The position numbers and the translations under genes were made by a program. Positions 14,501 to 27,659 of a DNA stretch of 64,000 bases are shown here, in pieces. Numbering within the stretch: position 1 is the first letter of the stretch; each line of letters starts with the position of its first letter. The DNA lies in the NCBI RefSeq assembly GCF_006345805.1, contig NC_043001.1:62682001-62746000 (forward strand), written 5' to 3'. Below the pieces are notes generated by a model. The model had not been told where the DNA came from. It did no database searches and saw only the letters and a list, made by a program, of their open reading frames with translations. The stretch comes from Octopus sinensis. Its lineage: Eukaryota.

Positions 14501-14639
14501 GAGACAGGTGGGGGAAGTCATGAGGAATTTATATGCCTATTCTGCTCCTAGGTGATAGAGATGATGGGTAGTAGGAAGGAGTTGACAGGGAAGAGATGAT
14601 GGAAGACACAGGCCCTACATGGCCAAGCATTTAGAGGAT

Positions 14640-15450
14640 GGGTCTTTGAGTACAGCTAAGCACCAGATATCTCGGCCCTTTGTCATCTCCTTCATAAAGG
14701 TCTGCATCTTGCGATCAGCCTTCATTCATATTTACTGTGCACAACATCATTCTTTAACATCTCATTTTTATGCCAGCTTAATTTGGATGATTTGACCAGA
14801 GCTGTCAAGCCACACCAGGTTCCAGTTTGATTTGGCTTAGTTTCAATGGTGCATTTTATGAGGCACCAGCACAAAACTCGTAAGGCCAATCCTCTTCATC
14901 TGGGGATGCAGCTTTAAAACTTCTGATGTGGAAGATGGTTCTTCTTCAATACAGTAAGGTACCAGGTATCGTGGTCCTTTGGTATCTTGTGTGAATGGTT
15001 CAGCATTCTGAGGTCATCCGTCAGTACTTCATCCCATGTCTTCCTGGGCTCCCTCTTCCATGAATTCCATCCACTGAGTGAATAGCAATTCTTTATGGAG
15101 CTACAGGCATCCATTCACATCACATGACTAAACCAGCATCTTCACTTTTGTACACTGCATCTAATGCCTCTTATGCCTGACTTCTGTCACTACACCAACA
15201 CTGCCAGATGTATACACTTACATTACACATCTAGTGGAGCATACCAGCCTTATTTCTCTCTAGCCTTCAGAGCCCACATCTCACTATCATGTAGAATTGC
15301 TATTCATATGCATGACCCATACAATCTTCCTTTCACTTAGAGAGAGAAACCTTTCGTTGCCAACTGAGGTAAAAGCTCTTTGAATTTTCTCCACCCTATT
15401 CTTATTCCAGCTATTACACTGTACATCCGCCCCCACTACTAATCTGGTAA
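14640..15450 (-). mobile_element. RTE 3' ORF fragments
   Basis: Minus-strand EPRKTWDEVLTDDLRMLN; similar to 53750-54240. Confidence 0.75.
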
Positions 15451-15875
15451 TTTACACATTATCTCTAAAGAAAATTGATTTCCCAAGTATCTGTAGCTTT
15501 TATGGCTCTTATACATCTATGTATGAACACAACCCTGTCTGTTGTTCACACTGTAAAGTGGCTGGCTAAACGAGCAGAGGAAGTGTAAGTTTACGTGCCC
15601 TTTATAAATTTTTCTATTCAACCTATCTAGTGTTGATGCCCGAAAGAAAATGTATACAGCCACTGAAACAATCACCTAATCTCTGGAAGCTATAGCTCCC
15701 AATGGGAAGTGACTTGGACCATGGCAACTCATCTAACTCATCTCAGTATGGAAAGGGGATGTAAATGATAATATATGAACCTACATGTGAATATGAATAC
15801 ATGCACACATAATAAATACCACCCCAAAATTTTAAACAGGACAAATTCTAAACTCACCCATAACAAAATATTTAA

Positions 15876-17090
15876 CCCCTTTAATTCCTCTATGAAAGTG
15901 CTTTAAAAAAAAACAAAAACCACGATATTAAATTTTCATAGTTTTGAGATAATGCGAGATAAAGCCTTTCCTGCATTTATTCAAATAAAAATACCATGAA
16001 ATTTTAGAGACTTTTTTTTCAATGTTTGATGAGAAATGTATATCTTAGTTTTTAACAATATGGCATTAGCAAGTAACGATTCCGACTTTGAAGGTTTTAC
16101 TCTTAATGATATACAAAATATAGATGAAAACAACAGTGATTTATCTTTGGACAAATCTGATATTGATATTTATGAATCTTTGTCAGATGAGGAAGATTTT
16201 GATGATGAAAATGATATTGAAAAGATTACAGCATATATACGTCAACAAGTTACCAATTTCACAGAAAAGACTATTCCACAACACAGCCTACCTCCTGATG
16301 CTCAATCATTGGACTATTTATTTTTACCAAAAAGTATTTTGCAATGTGGAAGAAACAAATATGCTGATCCTGATCCACTATGGCAGCCAGCTGATACTGT
16401 GGAAATACGAGCTTTTTTTTTTTAAATGATAAACATTATGTTTGGTATCAAGTAGCTTCCTTGACTGTGGAACTACCGGAGTCCTGATATAAGGTATGGT
16501 GATCCATATATCTCCAGTTTCATGTCTTACTATAGTTAATTCATATATTGTTTATGCAAAAAGCCACAAGGTACCTCTGTCACCAAAGGACTACCACCAT
16601 TTGAAATCGCATCTTAGTTACATGAGGGCTTTTCTTCCAGAAAAGCAAAATTAACTGAGGTGGATGTCAGAGAAAATATTGATTTCAATAAGTGGAAAAA
16701 AGTTTGCAGACTGCATTTGCTGCAAAAAAGAAAAACTGCGAAAGGATATCAGGTCAATACCTCATGTGTGTTTGTTTTGCAAAGTGCCCTTATGTACGGG
16801 GTACTTTAGACAGTTTCAAGATAGAAATATAGCATAACTATTTTGTTGTTTGATAGTAATACTATTATATATTCCTTTCATTTTATTATAATATGTGAAA
16901 GTGAGTAATACATATTAATTTTCAGTATGTTACACACCTGTATTCACCTTAGTCTCACCTGTTAATGAGCTTTTTCATTAGATGCATTTTGTTATGTATT
17001 TCATGAAATTGTGTAAGAGTACATAGCCAACGGTATATTGACTAGTAAAAGAGTTTTGTACTTTATATTCAATGAAAATGTTTGAATGTA
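15876..17090 (+). mobile_element. Second, truncated copy of the 70-1730 piggyBac family
   Basis: Starts TTAA|CCC. Colinear with about 160-1300 (NFTEKTIPQHSLPPDAQSLDY); right TIR missing. Confidence 0.85.
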
Positions 17091-17148
17091 ATCATCCCAA
17101 TTGTGAGAGCCTCACAAAATGTCAGCAGCTGTTGTGGTCCCACATATA

Positions 17149-19210
17149 CAGTGGTATCTTGACTTATGAGTTAATTCGTTCTGTGACGGAGCTTGTAACT
17201 CAAATTGCTTTTATGTCAAATCAAATTTCCCCACTGAAATGAAATGCCATTAATCTGTTCCGAGCCTCCCCACCAAAACACTGCAATTTTTCGTTACGTG
17301 TTTTTAAATAACAAAAATGTACTTATAAATAATGAATATTGTATAAAAGAACAATGTAATAGAATGTACTGCAATAAACTGGTTTTATTATGTATAATGT
17401 ACAACATTTACCTTGAAGATCAGACGACTTAAGAATGTTGGCAGAGGTGGAGGAGAAAGGCTGACTGAATAACCAAATCTTTTTTGCCCTTTTCGCCATG
17501 CTTTCCTCACTTTCATCTACAGGAGTTTTCTATAAAAACCTGTCCAATAAGCTCTGTTTCATCTTCACTTTCAGTGTTTCTGAAATGAGTTAGGCAAGCG
17601 TCATTAAATAGTGCTGTCGCACACCCACTTGCAACTTTTTCTGAGGGTTTCTTCTGAATAAAGTCTGAAAGTTTCTCAAATATTTCCTAGATAACCTCCT
17701 CTGTCTCCTCCACCTTACCTATTTCTTGCAAAACCTCTACGTGCTGCTGTGTCTATAGCTCCTTTAGCACTTCCATTATTAGTTCCTCAGAGTGCAGCTC
17801 ATTCATGTCACCTTCATCCACATCCAGGCCCATGGACTTGTCGAGGGATACAATCTTATCCATCACTGCCACTTTGAGTCTTTCAAAGTTCGTTTCAGAC
17901 ACAACCTTAGGCCACAGCTTCTTCCATGCAGAGGTCAAGGTAACACCCTGCCAGACCATATATCAATAATTTTGAGGCATATCATGTTACAGTGGTCCTT
18001 CCAGAACTCTCAAAGCAGCATCAGAACAGCTGCTTAGTAAAGAGCTTCTTGAAATTAGAAATCTCCTGCTGGTCCATGGGCTGCAGGATAGGGATGGTGT
18101 TGGGTGAAAGGTAGAGAACCTTTATAAACTTGAACCCTTCGAGTCTAGGTGAGTGAGCAGGTGCATTATCCAGGACAAGAAGTGCTTGCAGAACTAGGTT
18201 ATTTTCCTGGAGATATTTCCTAACGCCAGGACCAAAGACCAAATTCACCCACTCCACAAAGAACTGCCTGGTGAGCCATGTCCTTGGGTCCCCCCACCCA
18301 CACAACCTGCAGTTTTCCTTTCAGAATCTCATATGATTTAAAGGCTCTGGGATTTTCCAAACAATAAACAAGCAGCAGTTTAATCTTGCATTTTCTGCAC
18401 GTATTGGCACAGAGTGCAAAGGCTAGCTTATCTTTCATGGATTTGTGACCTGGCATCCTCTTCTCTGCTGCTATATAAGTCCTCCCTGGACTGTTTCATC
18501 ATGGTTGAAGGCCAGCTATAATTTCAGTAAAAGTTTTGAGGTAATGCACAACTGTCTTCATATCGGCTCTCACTGCCCCACAAGGGGGTGAATGCTGGCT
18601 CTCTTTTTAGAACTCTCGAACCAGCCCCGACTAGCTTCAAATGACTCAGCCCATACCTTGTCCATACAAGTGCTTGGGGTCTGCTGCAGCCAATGGTATA
18701 AATAGCTTGAGCCTTCTCGCAGATTATAGCCTCTGCCATGGTATCTTCAAGCTGCTTCTCCGTTAACCACACCATAGCAGCTTCTACATATTTTCATGGA
18801 TAGATGTCTACTGTTTAGAAATTATTTTAAAGCCCTAGGCTGACACCATAACCTCTATCAGCTCCTCCTGCTTTAGTATGGCACAGATCATAGTAGTGCT
18901 ACACTCATACTGCTTTGCCATGTCAACTACACGCACACCTCGGTCATATTTTTTGATAATTTCTTTAATACAATGCACACCATCCATTTCTTCTCACCAC
19001 TGTCCTTCGCACTCACTTTCTTCGGACCCATGGTTGTAGAGATGAAGTTTTGCAAAATAACTGTAAACACAACACTGATGCTTCTGTAACCTGCAGAGAC
19101 TAAGTAAGCATTTTACCACTCGTCTAGCTAATGACCCACTGACGATCTTCGCACTCGCTAACACACATATCTGCCTAGCTATTGAGTGAGACACGGGATG
19201 CTGGGCAGAT
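17149..19210 (-). mobile_element. Tigger/pogo-type DNA transposon, frameshifted transposase
   Basis: TA|CAGTGGTATCTTGACTTATGA terminus. Fragments MGPKKVSAK, MPGHKSMKDKLAFALCAN, LLVLDNAPAH and PNTIPILQPMDQQEISNFKKL. Confidence 0.92.
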
Positions 19211-19341
19211 GTTACAGCATTTGCTATGCCAACTAGCTGTGGGGGTATCTGAAGCTGTCTTTTTCACATTGTCTGCATGGATGAACACATGTGGAGGAAC
19301 AGGTTGAGCAATTGTCAACACATATACACAAATCTTATAGA

Positions 19342-19722
19342 AGTGTAGGAGAGGCTGTGTGGTAAGTAGCTTGCTAACAAACCACATGGTTCCAGGTTCA
19401 GTCCCACTGCATGGCACCTTGGGCAAGTGTCTGCTACTACAGCCTTGGGCCGACCAAAGCCTTGTGAGTGGATTTGGTAGACAGAAACTGAAAGAAGCCA
19501 GTCGTATATATGTGTGTGTGTGTGTCTGTCCCCCAGCATCGCTTGACAACTGATGGTGGTATGCTTACACCTCCATAACTTAGCGGTTTGGCAAAAGAGA
19601 CCGATAGAATAAGTACTAGGCTTAGAAAGAATAAATCCTGGGGTCGATTTGGTCGACTAAAAGTGGTGCTCCAGCATGACCACAGTCAAATGACTGAAAC
19701 AAGTAAAAGAGTAAAGAGAGAG
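19342..19722 (+). mobile_element. Full-length tRNA-derived SINE (CORE-like box, CR1-type tail)
   Basis: A-box-like GGCTGTGTGGT, B-box-like GGTTCAGTCCC, CCTTGGGCAAGTG, internal (TG)n, and a tail CAGCATGACCACAGTCAAATGACTGAAAC with GTAAAAGA repeats. Other copies at about 14187-14460, 21260-21510, 42196-42380, 46552-46805, 50283-50430(-), 55573-55728 and 55730-56090(-). Confidence 0.88.
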
Positions 19723-19807
19723 CCCACTTTTTGCTTTACTTATAATGCATAGACATGGATGTGTGTTTAAGAAACCAAGTATTTCAAGATTCAACCGCAC
19801 TGCACAG

Positions 19808-20601
19808 GGATCTTTTCCTTTTGAACGGCAGTTTTCAACGCAATTCCTAGTTAACTAAACACTTTTAAACTTTGTATACTGGTAGAATGTGTCAAAATAA
19901 AACATTTTTCTCTCTCTTTGAAAATTGTAATTTGTAAGTTTAACGTAGTTTGATTTTTCGAATTTTAACCAATCCTATGCCCTCTATTGAGCTAAAATCA
20001 TTTGTCACCTAACCCTAAATTTTAGCCTTTCGTTTTCTTTTTCTTAATTCATCATCATCATCATCGTTTAACGTCCGTTCTCCATGCTAGCATGGGTTGG
20101 ACGGTTCGACCGGGGATCTGGGAAGCCAGAAGGCTGCACCAGGCTCCAGTCTTATCTGGCAATGTTTCTACAGCTGGATGCCCTTCCTAACGCCAACCAC
20201 TCCGTGAGTGTAGTGGGTGCTTTTTACGTGTGTTAAATTAATTTAATTGTTACGCCTGTCTAAAATTATTCGTTTTGTTTTCGTTTTGAGTTGCTTTCGT
20301 TTTTTTCTTCCTAATCGTTATCCTTAAATTAAATTAACAATTAAGAAAAAAAAACAAAGAAACGAAAGGCTAAAATTTAGGGTTAGAGACAGGATGTCTG
20401 TTTTAGACGCAGCAAATGATTTTAGCTCAAAAGAGGGCATAGGATTGGTTAAAATTCGAAAGAGTAAACTACGTTAAACTTACAATTTTCTCAAGAAAGC
20501 CAAGAGAAAAAAATGATTTATTTTGACATTCTACCAGTATACGAAGTTTAAAAGTTAACTAGAAATTGCGTTGGAAACTGCCGTTCAAAAGGAAAAGATC
20601 C
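19808..20601. mobile_element. Merlin-type MITE with long TIRs
   Basis: GGATCTTTTCCTTTTGAACGGCAG...CTGCCGTTCAAAAGGAAAAGATCC with inverted arms over 200 bp and an exact 8-bp TSD CTGCACAG (19800-19807, 20602-20609). GG termini plus an 8-bp TSD fit Merlin. Confidence 0.85.
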
Positions 20602-20971
20602 CTGCACAGAATAGGGGACGTCTACTATAGCACTGGGCTGAACAAAATCCTGGAATTTGGTAGATGAAAAGTCAAAAGCTCTGTGTCTGCATGCACAGAT
20701 CTGGTTGTGCCTACTTGTCTTGACATTGTAGGGTAGTTTGTAAATAAATGTTACATCAAAAATAATCTGGCCATAGATAAATACTATCTTACTTAAAAAC
20801 AAATGAGGGTTAGTGAAAGGATGAGAATACAACAGTAGAAAATCTGCCTCCGTGAATTTCATTTCGCTCATGCAGGCATAGAAAAGTGGACATTAAGAAT
20901 GATGAGAAATTTCATATTTTTGTAACCACCCGCAACCCAGAAATATAGAATTTAAAAGTCTTTTACATAAG

Positions 20972-21152
20972 ATGAGGTAGCAGAGTCATTAACATGCTGA
21001 GTGTGGAAGTGTCGCGGCATTTCGTCTCTATATTCTGAGTTCAAATTCCGCCAAAGTCGTCTTTGATTTTTATCTTTTAGGTAGTATGATTTGTTCGACT
21101 AAAGGCGGTGCTCCAGCATGGCAGCAGTCAAATGACTGAAACGAGTAAAAGA
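20972..21152 (+). mobile_element. Second tRNA-SINE family with the same CR1-type tail
   Basis: Different head (GAGTTCAAATTCCGCC B-box) joined to GGCGGTGCTCCAGCATGGCAGCAGTCAAATGACTGAAAC. Confidence 0.7.
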
Positions 21153-24100
21153 ATATCTGCACCATTTTTTTTACACACAGTATAGCTGATAGTCTTCTGA
21201 AGACTAACACTATGAACTCTCCCCATTCTCATTCAAGACGGTGAATTATCACATAGATAGGCATGAGTGTTAAAAAGCCCACTATGCAGCCACGTGGTTT
21301 TGGGTTCAGTCTCACTGTAGAGCATCTTCAGTGTCATCTACTGTAGCCCTGTGTTGACCAATTGCTTCTGAGTGAATTCTGTAGAATGTAAATTGCACAG
21401 AAACCTATCCCCGTAACTTAGCGGTTTGACGAAAGAGTTCAACAGAATAACTATTAGACTTAAAAACAAGAAAAAAATACTTGGTCGATTTGTTCAACTA
21501 AACCATTCAAGATTCATAGATTGCAAGTGACCGTTTGATTAATAATAAATAAATGCCAAATTTGCCATCCACATTAGAAAGAAAATCCTTAATAGACAAA
21601 TTATTTTGGCACATTTTTTTACGTCTCTCTGCACCAGATTCAAATTCTGCTTTGGCAAAGTTTGCCTTTCACCCTATAAAGTCAACAGAAGTAGCAGTCC
21701 TTAGTGAGGATCTTTGAAGCACCTCCCTGATCTAAATTTTTACACTGTTGTTTTTCATAAAAATACGAAGATGTCCTTGCATACACATTTACTTGTCCGT
21801 AGATAACCCAGGCCAGATGTACATAGCATTATCTATAAATAAAATACGTTGGGTGACAGTACCGATAGTAAGTCAGAATAATATGAAATATAAACTGTGA
21901 CGCCTTGATCTAGTACACTACCAAACATTGAATACTTTCCATCATTGTATCAGCAAGAAGATAGTCTCAATTTTTGTTAATACCTTCAACATTTTTTCAT
22001 CATCTAATAAAAAAATTATTATACCATTTTAAATTACGAATTTCGTGTAGACGCTTGCTGAGAGAAAGAGGGGTACATTGCCGCGATTTCTTAAAGACTT
22101 TATAATCTCGAAAATACCCGAACATCCTCCGGAAAAAAACGACGCTTTAACCGACGTACAGAACATAGATCTAAAATTCGTGTGTTTCCGGAAGACGCTC
22201 AAATATGAATCTAGTACAATCTGATGAATGTAGAATACTAAAGTATGATTATATACATGGCTTTCTGTTGCCACCCTCTACATTTAATACTGCATGCGTC
22301 TGTATTATGAAGTTGGGAAGTCTATCTCAAAATTTTGTATTTGATATTTCCACCTATTATGAAGACTCGAATTTTCTGTACTAGTGTCTAAAATTTACTT
22401 TTGCAAAATGAAAACAATGTATATTTCTGATAGTCACCGAATCCATTCAAGGATTTAAAAAAAAACCCATTCTAAAAGAGAAAAAATAAAATCGTTATCC
22501 ATATTACAACACAGAATTTAAGTTGCATTGTGTTCAAGCGAATATCGGGACTAATTTTTTTTATACGCCTATTTAAAAAATGTTTTAGGAATCAAACTCG
22601 ATCAGACGTTAGAAAGTGGTTTTATTTTGCAATAGAAAAAGAAATGAATGGTGAGGAAGGGGGACTAATAAATTTCTTATGAACCATGACAAATGTAGGA
22701 TTTTTAAGGCTAAGTTTATGAAATCTCGGTTACTATAGCAATAGTCATAACAACCATTTATCGATCTGTAATGAACTTCAGATACTATCAACTCTAAACA
22801 AAAACAATAAAACGTTCCTACAGCTGAATTTGCAAGAAAAATATACCCATAGAATGTGTGCGACAAAAAATCTTGAAAAAGTCCATGCGTTATCATAAGA
22901 AAAATGAAAATTAGGAAAATATTGGATAACTATCAGTCTCCGTTAAGTGATTTTAATACATTCTACTTGAATTTTGTTTCTAAATCTAAGGATCTAAATG
23001 TCGGTGATCCCCATCATCAAAAACAAGCCGAATGACAGTAACCCATAGTTTACAGAATTCGAAGGAAGTATCCTCACCGAAAATGTCTCCTGAACTGCTG
23101 TAATATGAATAAATCAGATAAGGTGGTCCAAAATAAATATACAGATACATTTCCTGTTACAGATAATTATTTATCTAAAGAAAAGGTTAAAAAGAAAGCA
23201 TGGAAAGATACTCGTAAGCAATGTGTGACACACTGTCCTGCAGATAGTAAAGACGATGCTACCGTTCCATTACTTAAAAGGGAAGATTATAAAGATAGGT
23301 AAGTCAGTTGAAAACTTTCATTTATTTATTCTAACTCAAGTGGAATTACTAAAAATAACATAGTATTTTCGTATAAAGTGCATAAAATAAAATTAGTGTA
23401 AAAATCGAAAAATCTACAATGCTAGTAATAGGCATATATCCTTCTTTAAAAAAAAAGAATCTTTGGTAACGTAAGAATTAAAAAAATGGGAATTAATATT
23501 CGAGTTTTCGAAGGACTGTACAGCTTTCCCAGACAATCGCCAACGAAAAAGACGAATTTACATAAAACGAAGCAAGATCGCGGGAAAGTCAAGAGACGAC
23601 CATGGCTGCAGCTACTTGAGATTATATACTACTAATGCATCTTGGTATCCGCGTGGCTACGTTTATTCTGATTAGTTAACCACAAACATTTTGAAACAGT
23701 CACAGGTCGAAGATGGTCTTCATCAGTGAAAATTCAAGACACGTTTAAAGAAATCAAAAGAACGAACATATAATAGCAGTAATTGTATATTAAATAGTAA
23801 CTGTGTATGTATGTATGTATGTATGTATATCAAAATAGTAAGAGTTCGAAGAAAATTAGTAGTCCTCCCAGTAATTGATAATTATCATCGCTACTTCTGT
23901 CATCTGAGTTTTCTAGTGTAACACACAAACAAGTTCCAAGCATGATTGTGATGTTACAATAGCCATATCGTAAATAACAACTAAGCTCTTCTAAAACAAT
24001 GTATCAGGCACCACATAAATCTTCATTAGTGCTGAAAGATGTCCTGTTCACTTGCAATGGCTAACGCAACTCCAATAAGCATGGCGACACTAGTATCCGC

Positions 24101-24350
24101 CATTTTGGAAACACTGTAAGTTCACCTTTATCTCGCAGTTAATTCGAGTTAAGATTTTATATATAAAAAAAGTAGACTATATAAACAGCATGATCCCACC
24201 CTAATTATTGAAATACATATTCATATCATCATAAATACAGAGTGGATTATATTTTAACATCATTGAAATTATTAAACAAAATTAAATTTTTACACAAATT
24301 AATAAGCCAATAAATGTTTGATCTAAAGAAAGTAAATTGATCATGTTTAC

Positions 24351-24494
24351 CTCGAATTCCTTGAAATATTGTGCTACTCCTGTATATGGCACTCTCTTTT
24401 TTTCGTGACTTAGTTTGTCAACTGGAGGATAATAAGGAATAGGATCTCTGGCCGCAAACAAAGCCAACAGATTCGGTGGCAAAAATTGTGTCAT
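24351..24494 (-). CDS. SNRNP70: U1 snRNP 70 kDa protein, first coding exon (48 codons)
   Basis: Translates [48 protein letters not shown], the U1-70K N-terminus. Ends at donor GAG|GTAAAC, phase 0. Confidence 0.97.
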
Positions 24495-24689
24495 TGTCTC
24501 CGTAAATTAATTATCGATTTTAAATGAATAATATTAGGAAAAATCTGTCGTCAAGAAGTAAGTGAAGCCAGTAATGTGTGCAATTTCCTTTTTTTTTAAT
24601 AACGTTTTTAAGTGCTCCGCGTTGGAAACAGTTAACGTAATTCAAAAGGCTTCAATATGTCCTTAATGTTTTGTTGAAGGATAAAGTAG

Positions 24690-24930
24690 TCGACAGCGCA
24701 AAAATGGTTCCACACTGAAAATTCAAGTTAAAAAAAAAAAATTGATAATCACAAAGAATGATTGCCTACGTGTACCTTGCGAGTCAACTGTAGAGCAACT
24801 GCGAAATATGACTAGTAATGTCTACAGCAGTTTTGTGTCAGCCAATAGCACATGCTCACTTCCTATATCTGCTCCTCCACAGCAATGGTGCTAGATGATA
24901 CTGCTGCTAACGCCATCTACTTCCCTTTAG
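24690..24930. promoter_or_regulatory. Probable SNRNP70 promoter region
   Basis: 200-430 bp upstream of the ATG, with CpGs retained. Contains GCCAAT (24841), ETS-like CACTTCC (24857) and YY1-like CGCCATCT (24911). Confidence 0.5.
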
Positions 24931-27659
24931 TTTCCTTTTACTCCCACTATCTCTCATTTTCTATTAGCTCTATTATTTTTACTTACTTTCTCGATATCTG
25001 ACTTTTTCGTTCTCTTGGTATGTTTTTGTGAAAGGCAGGGCGAGAGAAGGAAACAATCATTGACTTTGTACTCGTTTATGCTGAACTTTCAACATATAAT
25101 GTTTTAAAAGGAATGCAGCTTTCCAAAAAAGAAGTAATGTTTGTTATCAGTTTAGTACGTGAACATGTACCTTCGTGCAAGTTGGTTATAGGTGGGCCAG
25201 ATCGAATAACCTGTTCGCATTGAATAATATCTTCATGTATGCCTTCATCACTGTTAATGGTTATCATTGGTCTTCAGAGCAGCAGCAGCTTCTACAATTT
25301 TTACACACACGCGCACATACTTTTTTTCTTTTTTTTACCCTTTTTTTTTTTTACTTTCCATTAAATACTAAAATACAGCGAAAGCGAACTCTGCAGATGC
25401 TGAAAATTCTATGATGACTGCTGTATATATGAATATACCTCGACAAGTATATGTATATATGTACACACACACACATATATACACGCACATACATGTATAT
25501 ATATATATACGTATAAATACATATATATATATATTATTCATACATATCACACAGTTGATGGATAAAAAGTATGTTGAGAATTACACGGAAAACCACAGCT
25601 ATATAATTTTTTTTAACTGATGCACATCAAAGAATGATGGATACATAAGATATGTGTATGTAAACGGCACATCTAACACGCACTCACATAAACACTTCTC
25701 TCTCTATATATATATTTATATATATACACACACACATACGTTTGGTTATTTCTACTTTGTGAATATCTATTGATTTTGGCCAACTATTAACATTTTAATG
25801 TGCTCTGTCTCACCAAAATCGTTCGTTTTCTTCAATCGGCAAACACCCACACTTACTGTACTCTATATTCCTCTTGATGCGATTTGTTTTGTTTGTGTTT
25901 GAATGTATCTGAATGTCGTGAGAGAAGATTCTTCTGTATGCAGCAGCAGCGGCAGACGCCACAAAATCCGACCTGAAGGGGATGAGGTAAGAACCTTTAT
26001 TATTATTATCGAATGTCACATTTAAATAGATCTGATTACTACACCATTGCAATAGTTATCAATAGTGATAATTAATGTATTTAACCATGTGACATTCAGT
26101 ATTTTCAGAGACGAACTTGAATTTCTAAGTGCCTTCTTAGGTTTAAATAAATACACATATTTATAATTTTATGTATGCATGAATATGCATAACGATGTGT
26201 ATATGTTTGCATACGTGTGAACATATTATGTATGTATGCTTATATGAGTGTAGGGTGAGAACTGGTACATTCGAGCAGAAGTACTCTCCTATAGTCATGC
26301 CCAACTCAATTAATTCCCCTTGCGCCAATACTACCTTTATATCTGATTAGAAAGATAACATCAAGGGCATAGATACTGTCAATTGACTGAAACCACATTA
26401 TTTAACTCTGAATTTTAAAAGAAAATAGTACAGTAAAGACGGGACATTTCAGTACTACGTTCTGAAGTGGGATGACCAGATTGTAATGCGTCTTGGCTGT
26501 GATAAAAACCATCTTAGTACTAACACCTTTCAGGTGTACAGAATGGACATTGTATAGCCATCTCTCCTACCACCAAAGACTCTCCTCTTTCAAACAGATG
26601 CATCACTTCGGAGTTGAAGAAATTGTAGGTATGTGATATCAGAGGCCAGTAAATATGTGCTATGTACAAAAGAAGAGATCGAAAGGAACATCGGCTACAC
26701 TCCTTGCGGGGAAGAAACAGATGTACAAATTTATATGGGTGGATAACAGTGTTGAAGTCAGAGATATATGATCCGGAAAGGCAGGGGGAGGCAACTGTCC
26801 TCTCCAATTTGGGCAAAACTGAGGAAAATTCGGGTAAGGCAAGAAGAAAAATATATGACGGGGAAAGTAAAAATATTAACTAACAATGTTACCGAATTGA
26901 TTGTATAGAAAAGAAAAGGTAATGTACGTATGCCTAAGAGGGCGTGTACGTAAACATACATAGCTACCGCTTAACAACAGCAGCTGCATCGTGTATTATA
27001 ATCTATTGTGGTACCCGTGAAAAAAAAAAACGATCTGTAGTAAAATTTTCAGCTATATTTGTAGACATCAGAGGTAATAAGCAGTTCTGATTTTTCTAAA
27101 ACAAGCTCGTTTGGCTAACTGAGCTTATTTATTTGGGAGATGGACAGAAAGACTGCAATAAAAGATATTCAGATATATATATAACCGAACACACGCACAC
27201 TAATATATTCTTTCTTTAGCTCTTAAGTCACATAAGTGGTTTAGAAACAAAATCTGCAACGCTAGTACAAAATTATCCCCCCACTCAAATTATGCAATAT
27301 TTATCAGAACCATAACACTTGCAAACCACTATCTGAATCGTGAAGGATGCTTCCATGCATTGCATAGCTCTCAAACTGCAGTTGATCTTTCTGGCATGAT
27401 GATCTCCACTATGTAGAATCCTCTTTTCCTCCTCTCAGTTATGAGGATTCATGCTGTCTACCTAACACCCAACTCCACAACTCCCATTAGTAAATTTACC
27501 TTAGAATTTATTTCTATCTTCCCAATACATACACACCAAGTGCGAAAGTACATATGCTCACACAAGATCACTAACACGGACAATATTCCTTAATACCTAG
27601 AGCTAGACACCTGTGCTCTTCAAATATTTAACCACTTCCTCTCTTTAGGGATGTAAACA

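Noticed and set aside
23105-23302. 65-aa plus-strand ORF ending at AG|GTAAGT
   Set aside because: No homology recognised, and GTAAGT occurs by chance at about this frequency in AT-rich DNA.
23990-24060. Possible intronic C/D snoRNA in SNRNP70 intron 1
   Set aside because: A D box (CTGA) is present on the minus strand, but there is no convincing RTGATGA C box or terminal stem.
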